Below, piece after piece: positions 47,423 to 57,246 of a stretch of DNA of 64,000 nt. Under the pieces are notes generated by a model. The model did not search any database, had not been told where the DNA came from, and saw only the letters and a program-made list of their open reading frames with translations. Origin of the DNA: a virus; IMG/VR virus record IMGVR_UViG_3300050821_003463, positions 1 to 64,000 of that record; one strand, given 5' to 3'. A program made the position numbers and the translations under genes. Position 1 is the stretch's first letter; every line of letters starts with the position of its first letter.

Positions 47423-47880
47423 GCGATCCTCACTTTCGGTGCGAGTTCAAAGTACTCTTCCAGCGTTGTGCTCGGCGTGACGCCCAGATTGCGCGCGACG
47501 TTCTTCGCCCAGCGCTGCCAGTTGCCCGCATACCATTTTGCTACCTGATTCAGCGTCATGTCCTGGCGATAATAGCGAGACTCCCCTATTAGCGCCTTCG
47601 CAATTTGGTGATCGAGCGCAGCCCAGCCCGCCGCGTCACTCTTGAAGATCACATGGTTCGCCTTGCCGATTCCGATCTGTCCTGGGTAGCGCTCACCGCG
47701 TCGCACCTTCAGGTCGCCCGGGTTGTGGTAGCGGTTAGGGATCGATCTGTATGTGTAAAAGCCCTCCGCGCGAGCAATCGCGTGTGCGAATAGATCAACT
47801 CTGTCCTGCGCCCAGCACGTACCCACCATACAGAAGCCGACCAACTTCAGGATGACCAGCCGTAAGAGTGTGCGCGTCAT
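47389..47880 (-). CDS. secreted lysozyme-like protein
   Basis: Signal-like N-terminus; AIARAEG, RYHNPGDL, F....G..AL, TL..V..WYA. Confidence 0.6.
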   Translation of the reverse strand: MTRTLLRLVILKLVGFCMVGTCWAQDRVDLFAHAIARAEGFYTYRSIPNRYHNPGDLKVRRGERYPGQIGIGKANHVIFKSDAAGWAALDHQIAKALIGESRYYRQDMTLNQVAKWYAGNWQRWAKNVARNLGVTPSTTLEEYFELAPKVRIAWQLKNSYCMQ

Positions 47881-48281
47881 TCGCACCCCGCATTCTCCGG
47901 ATTCCCCCTGCTGAAGTCCCACATGGTTAGTTCTTTCGTTACCTGCTCGAACCTGTCGCACAAAAGATTCCCGGCGCTGCGTCGTGTCTTGAAGTCAATC
48001 GCACCTTCCAGGTATAGCTTCTCGATGAACCGAAACGCGTTGCCGAGATGCAGCAAGCCCTGCGCGCCTTGCGCGCCAGTTGTCGGTGGATTCTGAGCGC
48101 GCCGCGCCGCGTACGCGACTTCTAGATCGTACTCGCGCATCGCTTCGGAAAAGATCATCCTCGTGCCTGATGCCGTGCGCTCCGCAGTGAACCGGGGGAT
48201 CGGGCGCAACGTCTCGATGTCCAGAGTGATATTCTCAGGTTCAGTGATACCAGATGGTTCAGGGTTATGCATTGTATCCTC

Positions 48282-48764
48282 CTATTTGCCGACCGCTGCT
48301 GCGAATGCACTGCATGCTTCTGATTCGTCCGCTTCCATGTAGATCAGTGAGTTGCCCGGGTTCTTGTGTCCCAGGTACGCGACCAATTCCGCTACTCCCA
48401 TGCCGCCTTTGTAGCCCAGCCGCCCGCAGGTGTGTTTCAGAGAGTGCGGATGGAGCAGGTGCTTCGGGATTCCGACCTTCGCGCCGTAAGCCTGCATCCT
48501 GCGCCATACTGTCATGCGACACAGGGGGAAGAACTGTCCTTTCATCCCGACCAGCGCCAGCTCATCTGGCAGCAACTTCTGGGTCGTCTTCTTGCTACCC
48601 TTCAGCCGCTGCACTACGAGGTGCCCGTCTATCACGTTCGCATCCGTCAACGCAATTACTTCGCTGACGCGCAGACCGTGATTAAACATCACCGTGAACA
48701 TCAGCCGGTCACTGCCCGTGACATCGAGAAACCGTCCCAGTTCGTCCTTCGTGAGTGATTTCAT
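48282..48764 (-). CDS. minimal FimB/FimE-like tyrosine recombinase
   Basis: HGLRVSE, RLKG, HPHSLKH, YLGHK, LIY; catalytic domain only. Confidence 0.85.
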   Translation of the reverse strand: MKSLTKDELGRFLDVTGSDRLMFTVMFNHGLRVSEVIALTDANVIDGHLVVQRLKGSKKTTQKLLPDELALVGMKGQFFPLCRMTVWRRMQAYGAKVGIPKHLLHPHSLKHTCGRLGYKGGMGVAELVAYLGHKNPGNSLIYMEADESEACSAFAAAVGK

Positions 48765-48769
48765 GTTTC

Positions 48770-48798
48770 GATACTACACGGTCGGGTCGACCTTGTCA
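48770..48798 (-). promoter_or_regulatory. sigma70-type promoter giving a leaderless recombinase mRNA
   Basis: TTGACA-17 nt-TAGTAT, 6 nt upstream of the ATG; no RBS. Confidence 0.7.
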
Positions 48799-49671
48799 AC
48801 CCCCTTGAAGAGAATCGCTAGCCGCAGTACGTTCGCCTTTTGTTCGACCTCTGCTTTTGGCTTACGTTCGAGGACCACCTCGCCCTCAAGTAGCAGCGTC
48901 TGCGTGCCGTCCCACTCGTCTCGGATTGTGATTTCATTCGCCATCGCGCGTAGCCCTCTCCTGGCACTGTTTGCACAGATGCGTCTCAGTGACCTTGGGC
49001 GTGCCCTTGCCCACGCCGTACGTTAGCTTCGTACCGCAGGGCAGTGCGCCGCCGCTCACGACCTTGCCGTTATTGTCCAGCTTTCCGCATCCTGTCATGA
49101 TGTCCTCTGATTCGGATATGTCATCCGAGGAAAACGCATCTTCCCATATTGTCCCGGGCTTGTGCGGTTGTCGCTATCCTCATCTACCACTACCGCGCCA
49201 CAGTCGATGCACCAGCGCACGACGGCATCGCTCGCGGCACCGTGCCGTCGATAGATTTCAATGAGCATGTGATCATGCCCATCGCACTTATCTTTGACGG
49301 AGTCCATCCCCCTCATCGCTTGCCAGCCTTGCCCGACTCTGGGTCCATGACACTACTTGCGTACGCAGTCTTCACGGTCCAGACGCGCCGGTCGCCCTTG
49401 AACGCGATGACCATACCCGCCTTCGGCTTGAGCGATTCATCCACCCAGTCGACCTTGTTGATCTCGCCCTGAGACGCGGGCGTTGTGAGGTGGCACTGCA
49501 TCTGTAGACTCATCGCGCACCGCCACGTTGCGTGAACAGCCCGCTCTGGTGTCGGGGACCGATCTGCTGGATCGCCGCGCGCATACGCACGATAGTCCAG
49601 TCCTGCGACGGGTCCGACTTCTGAAGCAGCTTCTCGATTAGCTTTCGCATGATGTTCTCCTATCCTCGAAA

Positions 49672-49700
49672 ATACTATCAGCACCCCAGGTCGCTGTCAA
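49672..49700 (-). promoter_or_regulatory. sigma70-type promoter
   Basis: TTGACA-17 nt-TAGTAT with extended -10 TG. Confidence 0.7.
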
Positions 49701-49711
49701 GAGATAAAATC

Positions 49712-49924
49712 TCACCGGAAGTGCCTTCCTGTCTTCGGCGCGGAGGGGATTGGCTTCTTCGCCGTCAGACGATACGTAAGATAGTTAGACGGCTGAGGCA
49801 CGACGATTGAGAAAACTTCCCAACCATCCTGTGCCCACTCGTTGCACGCTTGCTGTATCTTGTCGGGTTGCGTCCAACTGTCGACATTGTTTACGACTAT
49901 GCGCGAACGGAATTCATATGTCAT
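49712..49924 (-). CDS. DUF4177-like protein ending TGRHFR
   Basis: YEFR...NEWAQDGWEVFSIV pattern. Confidence 0.6.
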   Translation of the reverse strand: MTYEFRSRIVVNNVDSWTQPDKIQQACNEWAQDGWEVFSIVVPQPSNYLTYRLTAKKPIPSAPKTGRHFR

Positions 49925-50952
49925 CGAAATTTTCTCCCAGTGGTAAAAAGGGGCTTGCTCGCACCAGCCGGTAACGCTGGCGTGCCCGCCGCTGCCTGCT
50001 GTCGAAGGAACTTCTGGAACGCTTCCTGCTGATCTTCCGGCATCAGCGCGACCGGCGCAGCGCTCGGCTTGACGCCTTCTGATAGCATGACCTTCAGGAT
50101 GTGCTTACACTCTGTACGTGGGGAGTGCTGCGTAAAGTTAGGGCACGAGCAAGCCCAGCCCTCAGCCGTTGTCGAGCCCTTCGGATTCACAGTGCGACTG
50201 ACCACGTAGGGTGCCTTCGCCGTGCCTTGCACAGTCCACTGCGTTGTCCACATCGGGGAGTTCGACTTCGGCAGTTTTCGCACCTCACCGTTCTTCATCG
50301 GAGGTGTGACCTTCTTTACCTTCACGAAAGACGGCTTTACGTGATCTTCGATATTCACAGTTCCCTTTCCGCTGCAGGCAGGGCAATGCGTGCCCGACCA
50401 GTCTGCCTGATTGTGATACAGATTGCAACCGAGACAGCGCACGACAGCGTACTCTATCTTCGGTCCAAAGACTTGCGCCCAGCTTTTAATTTTCTGAGAA
50501 ACCTGCTCCACCGTAGTCGGCGCAGTGATCGTGTCGCCCCACTTCTCGTACTTCCACATCGGCTTGCCGTCTTCGAGCACTCCACCTGAAGTGTCATTGA
50601 GCGCGCGCCGATAGTAGCCCTTCAGGTTGCTGTGGATGGGAACTGTAGGTTTTTCTTCCATCGCGTCCGCGTTATCCCAGATACCGGTTATGTCTTTCTG
50701 GAACGGAGACGCATAGTGGATGGGGTGTTTCGACAGCGGTATCCTGGGCGTCTCGTTCGTTATGGTCTTGACCTTCTTGCCGCACTTCGTGCAAGTGAAA
50801 ACTATCTTGGTGCCCGCCCAGTCTGCTGCGCCCACCGTGTTGAAGTGCGCGCACTTTGCCTGCTCAACGCGACAGGATGAGCATAGCCCGTCCCCGTGGG
50901 GAAAGTCTTCCGTATGGGTCGCGCACTTCGAGCAGTTGACTTTTGCCATCAC
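49921..50952 (-). CDS. multi-Zn-finger protein with SWIM domain, ending TGRKFR
   Basis: Several CxxC motifs; WACSCPNF...CKHI. Confidence 0.75.
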   Translation of the reverse strand: MMAKVNCSKCATHTEDFPHGDGLCSSCRVEQAKCAHFNTVGAADWAGTKIVFTCTKCGKKVKTITNETPRIPLSKHPIHYASPFQKDITGIWDNADAMEEKPTVPIHSNLKGYYRRALNDTSGGVLEDGKPMWKYEKWGDTITAPTTVEQVSQKIKSWAQVFGPKIEYAVVRCLGCNLYHNQADWSGTHCPACSGKGTVNIEDHVKPSFVKVKKVTPPMKNGEVRKLPKSNSPMWTTQWTVQGTAKAPYVVSRTVNPKGSTTAEGWACSCPNFTQHSPRTECKHILKVMLSEGVKPSAAPVALMPEDQQEAFQKFLRQQAAAGTPALPAGASKPLFTTGRKFR

Positions 50953-51019
50953 ATCCTCCGGTTAAAAATGAGGCTGGCTACCCGACGGATCGGACCAGCC
51001 CCTGCCAACAACAAAAACT

Positions 51020-51112
51020 TTACGCCCGTACCCAGGCTTCCAGCTTCGCGACGATCCACATCACTTCAAGCAGGATAAACATGCCCAGCCCTTCGGTCAC
51101 CCATGCGCGCAT
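51020..51112 (-). CDS. 30-aa single-TM microprotein
   Basis: GGGAGG RBS; MRAWVTEGLGMFILLEVMWIVAKLEAWVRA. Confidence 0.5.
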   Translation of the reverse strand: MRAWVTEGLGMFILLEVMWIVAKLEAWVRA

Positions 51113-51134
51113 AGAACCCTCCCGTGTACTTTGT

Positions 51135-51362
51135 ATACTGATGCTCCAATCCCGTTAGACTGGAGCACCAATTTGGCGTCATGCCCGTTCTTTGCGTTTA
51201 CAGCCCGTTTAAGCGCCCCAGGTTTCGTGGGGTGCCTGAGACTCACCTTTGCCCTCCGACCCCCTGTTTTCGGGCGGGAAAGTGGGTACGTTTGCGGGTA
51301 CAGTGAGCCCGCAGCACCCACATCGCCAGGACACCCCGTACTTTTGGGGTCGGGGGAGTCCG
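51135..51362 (-). ncRNA. candidate structured RNA
   Basis: Nested GACTC/GAGTC, CCGACCCC/GGGGTCGG, GTGGGT/ACCCAC and TGCGGG/CCCGCA helices plus two hairpins. Confidence 0.5.
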
Positions 51363-51562
51363 CAGCGAGGACAGCTCATCGAGTCCTCCGCGCCTGCTCG
51401 CCCTCATCCTCCCACCCCGTGTACGGCTCAGGGGTAGGCTGCTGGCGACAGTCGGCGCATAGGAGTTCCGTCTCGCTCACGGTCACGCCACACGCACCGC
51501 ACAGGTTAACCCGTGGCTTGCGCTGTTGGTTGATGCGGGCTTCCTTCGCTCCGTACGACATG

Positions 51563-51982
51563 TCAATTTCCTCCTGCGGCTGCTGCCGCTGCTAGATTCA
51601 AGCTGATGATATGCGGAAAGCAGGCATCAGTATGGTACTGCTTCGCTGTGAAGTCAACATAAAAATACGATGTCTTGACGATGGCGTGCCAGGATGACTT
51701 GTTATAGGCAGCGCTGTCGTGCTTGCCGAGGGAGTAGAGCGTTGGATCGGGGTTATGCTGTCCAAAGGCGTAGTCGACTCCATGCGGATAGATGCTGAAG
51801 TCGTAGCGAGATAGTTCTCCCTGGTAGCCCTCTGTGCGTGCAAAGCGGATGAAGGCGTCGCTCGTGCTATCGCACATGCAGTACGCACCGTCGGGAGTGT
51901 CGAGCCCGTACAGCCCGGGCTCGCAGTTCTTGCTATGCCGAGACTCCGCGAACTTCTCGATGAGTTTCATGAGTTCATCCAT
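51563..51982 (-). CDS. papain/transglutaminase-like Cys-His-Asp protein
   Basis: C(DSTS)...WHAIV...VDFTAKQY. Confidence 0.55.
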   Translation of the reverse strand: MDELMKLIEKFAESRHSKNCEPGLYGLDTPDGAYCMCDSTSDAFIRFARTEGYQGELSRYDFSIYPHGVDYAFGQHNPDPTLYSLGKHDSAAYNKSSWHAIVKTSYFYVDFTAKQYHTDACFPHIISLNLAAAAAAGGN

Positions 51983-53329
51983 CGCTAGTTGCCCTCGAAG
52001 AACAGATTGTTGTGTTCGTGTTCACGCTCCAATGCCACAATGAGCACACGTATCGCAGCCTTCCCTCGTTCCGTCAGAGGGTCGTTGATCATCCAGAACT
52101 TCAGGCGTCGTGCCACTTCGTCGAAGTTAAGCCTGTGGTCCCTGGTGTACAAGCGACCGTCACCGCTGTAGTAGATATCTTCCTGTGGCATAGTTTCCTC
52201 CGAGTGAAATGATCGAGCGGGTTGGTGGTCCCCGCCCGATTTTACTGAGACGACTTAGCGCGCCTCGTTGCTCCACGCCTCAGCGGGAATCGTTGCATTA
52301 GCTTCCGGTGCATTTTATATGAGTGCCATCGTGCAACGTCCAGAGAGTCCGACAAAGCGACCCCCTGGGAAGAGGTTTGCCACATGAGGAGCAGCGATCC
52401 TCGCGTGCGATCTTGCCGATGGCGGACTGTATGACATCAGTGAGCGGGATTGACTTGCTGACCGGCGCGCGTAGCCCTTTGATGATCGATAGCGCGCCGC
52501 GTCTATCGCTCACATGCATGCCGCCCAGCTTCGAGCGTTTCAGCATGAGTTGTGCGAGCAGTATAACGGGGGAGTCCGGTACGCCGACGCCCCAGTTATC
52601 CATTCTTAGCTCCTAACTGCTGCTGCTTGTGAGCGTCGAGCCGTTTTCCAACTGCGTCGCCCAGGTCATTTACATTTGATTTCACAGCCAGCGTACTGTT
52701 TGACGGTGCGTTGAAGAGGACGAGATCGTACACACAACCCTCGCACTCTTGGATGCCGACGTACTTCGCGCCAGCCTTCTCGACTTGCTGCTTGAGATAC
52801 TGCTCGTAGACATCATCCAGCATTCGCTTCATTGATTCCTTCCGTAGATACAGCCTATGCCGTACATCGCAGCGTCGATTACCTTCTTCGCCGCCCGCAG
52901 CGTCATGCTACGGGGGCGAAGCACAAGGCGAGCGACGCGTCGCCAGTAGACGTCACGCTCCGCTGCTGTGTAGAGTAGCGCGTCCCTCATCGTTTGCCTC
53001 GATTCAGTTCCGCGTTCAACCTCTGGAACGGAGTCTCGGCGCGGGGAGGTGGAGTCGCGAGGACGCAGAGTACAGGGAAGCCACAGATGGTCTGTTCAAC
53101 CAGCCGTGTCTTGAACCCGACAGAGCGCAGGCTGAGCGCTCTCGCGATAGCTTGATTCAACCCTGCGACTGTTAAAGGAAGCGTACAACTGATCTCTTCC
53201 ATAAGATTCTCCTCAAGAGTTTGGTTGCGACGTGGACAGCGACAGCGATAAAGTTGATGGTTGACAGAAGAATAGCATACCACATCAGCCATAGATCGGG
53301 GTGCGTGAAGTGCCCGTGATAGAACATGC

Positions 53330-53839
53330 TCACCTCGTGCAGTAAAAACCCTGTTCGATGAGCAGCCACACGAACCCGATTCGATTGATAAATCCAGGTC
53401 GCTGCACCATCAGTGACTTGATTGGCGTAGGGAGTTCAAAAGGCGGCATCACGAAGGTCACACAGCCCTCGCAGCCTGTCTTGTTGGAGCGCGACGGTGC
53501 GACGTGGTAGCCCTCGCCCTCTTTGAGTTCTGCCCCACAGGTCAGCTTGCGGTACTGCTGGCGCACTGCGAAGTCCATCTCAGGGCACTGCGCTTCTAGG
53601 TGCAGGCTGGTCTGCGCTTCAGGAGTGCGCAGGTAGTCTATGAACCGGTCGAACTCTGCGACCTCTGAGTCGTGGGGAGAGAGCACAGTGAGGGAACGCG
53701 GGACGCGTGAAGCGGGGACAGGTTTCAGCGAGTTGGTCTTGACGGTGAACTCGTTGTCGTTATCATCCCGTATCTTTGAGAGGGTGCCGGATTGCTCCAG
53801 CACCTCCACAGTTGACTTGCGATAGATCATGAGTGACAT
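53330..53839 (-). CDS. hypothetical protein
   Basis: 169 aa; TAATG overlap with the upstream gene. Confidence 0.6.
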   Translation of the reverse strand: MSLMIYRKSTVEVLEQSGTLSKIRDDNDNEFTVKTNSLKPVPASRVPRSLTVLSPHDSEVAEFDRFIDYLRTPEAQTSLHLEAQCPEMDFAVRQQYRKLTCGAELKEGEGYHVAPSRSNKTGCEGCVTFVMPPFELPTPIKSLMVQRPGFINRIGFVWLLIEQGFYCTR

Positions 53840-54017
53840 TATCGGCTCCCTACAGGCAGAACGCGAGCCGCGCCTGTGGCGGTATCAAATTCTACGGATA
53901 TGTATTCATCATATTCGATGAACTTATCTTTCAGCGCAACAGTAGCGCTCGCGGCATTCATATACTCGCCTTCTGTTGCGTAGTCGGGGTCCTTGAACGT
54001 GCAGATGAATTTTGCCA

Positions 54018-54449
54018 TCACCGCACCTCCTGATCGAGCAGATGGTTGACGATGATTGCCTTGCCCTTCGCGATGCAGCCAGGGCACGTCACAACCCAGG
54101 TATCCAAGTAGCAGCGGGTCACTGCGCCAGCCTTAGCACAGAGCGTGCTGCCTTCCTGGATAACGTGGCTGTTGGTTTCGACATCGTACGCGCTGGTGTT
54201 CAGGATGTGAAAGTGATGCTCCCCTGCGACCAGCACCGTATTGAACGGCAGAAGCTTCTGCACGTCTCCGTCTGCGATGCTGCGTTTGAGTACCTCGCGC
54301 TCCAGCCGATCAAAGTCAAGTATGATTAGCGTTGCCGTGGGTGTGAGTAAGTCGACGCTTGGGTCGACAACGTCAAACGTGGTGGATGCCTTGGCGAGCG
54401 CTGCTCGAAGTTCAGACTGGCGCAAAGCTTGATATTGAAATTCGTTCAT
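54018..54449 (-). CDS. hypothetical protein with C-terminal Zn motif
   Basis: H...LC...VTCPGC. Confidence 0.6.
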   Translation of the reverse strand: MNEFQYQALRQSELRAALAKASTTFDVVDPSVDLLTPTATLIILDFDRLEREVLKRSIADGDVQKLLPFNTVLVAGEHHFHILNTSAYDVETNSHVIQEGSTLCAKAGAVTRCYLDTWVVTCPGCIAKGKAIIVNHLLDQEVR

Positions 54450-54790
54450 AGGGTTACCTTTCGCTTGGCGAGTTCCGCCAAAAGTTCGAACGTTGAAAAA
54501 TTTTTCAGAGTCTTTCGTCCCTTCGGATGCCTCTGGTTTTTAATGCTCTGCCTGCGGGTTGCCCACCGTACGTTGCCTACAGCATAATGCCCATCGTTTT
54601 CAATTCGGTCAAGCATGCGACGTGAGGGGCGTTTGCCGAGTTCTGCGAAGAACTCCTCGAATGAGGTGAACAGGAATTTTATTCCCCGTCCACCATAATT
54701 CGGGAAGTCTGTGCAATTCGGATTCGTGCAACGATTACGAGCATCGTAGTAAGCCCGCCATTCGACGGGGTGTGTCTTGTAGGGTTTCAT
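54446..54790 (-). CDS. HNH-like endonuclease
   Basis: RC.NP...NYGGRGI, LDRIENDGHY..GNVRWAT. Confidence 0.8.
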   Translation of the reverse strand: MKPYKTHPVEWRAYYDARNRCTNPNCTDFPNYGGRGIKFLFTSFEEFFAELGKRPSRRMLDRIENDGHYAVGNVRWATRRQSIKNQRHPKGRKTLKNFSTFELLAELAKRKVTL

Positions 54791-54792
54791 GT

Positions 54793-55008
54793 TTACTGCT
54801 TCAGCGTGTTCTTGTGCTGAGCAGGCTTGTTGAATTCACCCTTGTGTGTGACCTTCACGGTTTGCCCGATTGCATTCCCGAAAGCCTGTGCGACTGCGTC
54901 GCAGCCTTTGCCCTGGTACCCATTCAGGTCTACCGTTTGGTCGCCGGTGGCGATGTCAATGTTGATGGTGATTATCTTAGCCAAAGTGCCCTCACTTTCG
55001 GTTGTCAA
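54793..55008 (-). CDS. DUF2997-like protein
   Basis: ITINID..G...VDLNGYQGKGC....F..AIG. Confidence 0.75.
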   Translation of the reverse strand: MTTESEGTLAKIITINIDIATGDQTVDLNGYQGKGCDAVAQAFGNAIGQTVKVTHKGEFNKPAQHKNTLKQ

Positions 55009-55399
55009 TGAATTGGAGTTGAACTTTCCCGTTGACGATCTTCTTGCCGAGGAACTGCAGACCGTTCTTGCGCGCGGTCTTCATGTCCACCTTCTCGGTA
55101 TACGCGACCTTCAGTTTCGTCATCCAGGTAGCGTCGTGCTTGTTGCTATCGTAGTCGCTGACGATTGCGCTGTAGGTCCCGTCCGCTGCTTTGACAAAGC
55201 CGAGATCGTTCGCTGCGCTACCTATGTGCTGGCGGCGCACGATGACGTTGGCTGTCTGTGCTCGCTTGTCGCCGTGATAGCCGAACAAGTTCTGTGCGAC
55301 TTCGTTCACTTCCACGTTCTTGTAGCCCATCTCACCAAGGGCTTCGACAAGACAGTCGCGATCTTTGTACTGTGTCTTCTGTGTGTGGTATGCGCTCAT
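54992..55399 (-). CDS. DUF1257 (Ycf35)-like protein
   Basis: MSAY...T..KD...LVEAL.EMG, DLGF....DG.Y..IVSDYD. Confidence 0.8.
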   Translation of the reverse strand: MSAYHTQKTQYKDRDCLVEALGEMGYKNVEVNEVAQNLFGYHGDKRAQTANVIVRRQHIGSAANDLGFVKAADGTYSAIVSDYDSNKHDATWMTKLKVAYTEKVDMKTARKNGLQFLGKKIVNGKVQLQFIDNRK

Positions 55400-55674
55400 G
55401 CTATTCGTTCTCCCTTCGAATTTGTTTGCCCGCGTTGACGAGAATGTCGATTACGTTAACGGCGTCTTGCTGTGAAAGTTTGCCCGCGTTCATCGACCAG
55501 CCGACATACAATAGCGCGTGGGATATCTTGAGATACCCGGGTGTGTGCCACGGTTGCTTCATCGTGTTCCCCTCTCATAATAGTTGGCGCGCGCTTCGAG
55601 TGCTGCGCGCTTTGCCTGTGATCCGCGCCGCCACATGTAGACCAGCGCGACGATTGCGAGACTGAAGATAACTT

Positions 55675-56133
55675 TCATAGTGTCCTCTCAGCAAAGAATT
55701 TATTGAGGAAGGCGATCTCCGCACTGATAGCTGCTTGTCTGTCGTGCGTCGTGAACGTCCGGTGATCCATCCACGCAGCGACGGGCGACGGTGCGACATG
55801 CTCCCAGGTTAGAACAGGTCCGCCGACAGGGGACGTATCGACTCGCCACTCGCATGCCCACGTTCGTGTCCACGCTGCGACCTTGCTCGTGTCGCTGGAG
55901 AGTATACGAAGTAGATTGAAGGCGAGACGCAGTAGCCAGCCTGCGGGTTCTACGTGCGACGCGCGCTTCGTGATCACCTCTCCGAGTTCGAGGAAGCAAT
56001 CTGCGCTGTCGGTCTTCAGGAAGACTTGGTCACCATTCTCATCTATCGTGACGGTGATAATCTTGTGCGCTGGAATCGGGAACGTCTTGGGATATCGCGC
56101 GTCGTACCCTTCAGGTTTTGAGATGTGCTTCAC
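55675..56133 (-). CDS. conserved-type protein with RASHVEP and WxVDxSPVGGP motifs
   Basis: Motifs recalled from small proteins that accompany DUF1257/DUF2997 operons. Confidence 0.6.
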   Translation of the reverse strand: MKHISKPEGYDARYPKTFPIPAHKIITVTIDENGDQVFLKTDSADCFLELGEVITKRASHVEPAGWLLRLAFNLLRILSSDTSKVAAWTRTWACEWRVDTSPVGGPVLTWEHVAPSPVAAWMDHRTFTTHDRQAAISAEIAFLNKFFAERTL

Positions 56134-56192
56134 AGATGTTCTCCAGTGTTATAGAGGTGAGGGGCGGCTGTGTGAGCCCGCCCCTGTTGAGT

Positions 56193-57104
56193 CTAGCGAA
56201 ACTTTCTGCCAGAGGTGATAACCATCGTCTTCAGTTCAGCGCGTACGCCTTCGAGTTGAGAGATGACGTACTGTTGAAGGTTGCCCGACTCTTTCAGGCG
56301 TTCGACCGTGACACCCTGCATCGCGTTCTTCACGACTTGCATGTTCTTCATGAAGTCCACGTCGTTCGCGAGATCACGATCAGGCAGCGTGTCGAGGAAC
56401 TCTTGCAGGTGCTCGACGTGACAGCCGTACATCTTCTTCGTCTTGCCCGCTTCAGGCTTGAGCATCGCGAAGAGTGCGTCGACCATCTCAGCACCAGCCA
56501 AGCGCATCGCATCGCGCCACTCGATAACAGCCTGCATGCGGATGCTGCGTTCCTTCTCCTGCTCACGGGCGATAATGATATCGCTCATGCCGGTGAGGTT
56601 CACGCTGCCGACGTTGCGGTAGTTGAACTCCAGAACGAAGCCAGCCTCTACTGTGTCGCTCGCTGGATAGTCGCTCCGGTCAAAGTTCTCAGCAAGAACC
56701 TCGCGCAGCGGTTGAAAGTCTACCGCTTCGAGTTCCCTGTACTTCGTCATGAACGCCTCGACTAACTTGGGGCGTCGAATCGTCTGGTATGCGACGATGG
56801 CGCGGTCCACTTCGTTCAGCCACTTGCGCGGAAGGAAGCGCGTTGCCTCGCGATACCAGCATGACTTGGACTCGACGTAGCGCTTCAGGAAGCCGTCCTG
56901 TGAGCGAATCTCTTCGAGTTCGGGTGAGTCCATCAGGCGTTTCTGGTGACGCAGTTCACTCGCCTGTGTAGCGGTTTCGACTTTCAGATTCTTGATCTGG
57001 CGCATGCGACCGATGCCCATGCGGAAGTTGATGGTGATTGAGACGCAGCTTTCAGTCTTGCTCAGGTCAACGTTCGCGACGGGTGCCACTGCGGGTGATG
57101 CCAT
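56193..57104 (-). CDS. DUF3150-like protein ending SGRKFR
   Basis: K.L.D...L, FLP, FDRSDYP, F...F pattern; operon context; GGGAG RBS. Confidence 0.6.
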   Translation of the reverse strand: MASPAVAPVANVDLSKTESCVSITINFRMGIGRMRQIKNLKVETATQASELRHQKRLMDSPELEEIRSQDGFLKRYVESKSCWYREATRFLPRKWLNEVDRAIVAYQTIRRPKLVEAFMTKYRELEAVDFQPLREVLAENFDRSDYPASDTVEAGFVLEFNYRNVGSVNLTGMSDIIIAREQEKERSIRMQAVIEWRDAMRLAGAEMVDALFAMLKPEAGKTKKMYGCHVEHLQEFLDTLPDRDLANDVDFMKNMQVVKNAMQGVTVERLKESGNLQQYVISQLEGVRAELKTMVITSGRKFR

Positions 57105-57246
57105 TTTATTTTCTCCCATAAGAAGTTTGTGGCGCGATTTATTTTGTGACTACGTCGCGCCGTCGGTCAGCCTGAGCCGCCGTGCTTACTGCGACTTCAG
57201 TTCACTACAGTTTAACGTCATGGAGTGAGCGTATGGACGGTTGCTA

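Noticed and set aside
48282-48764. Prophage integrase marking a host junction
   Set aside because: Lacks arm- and core-binding domains, and phage genes continue on both sides
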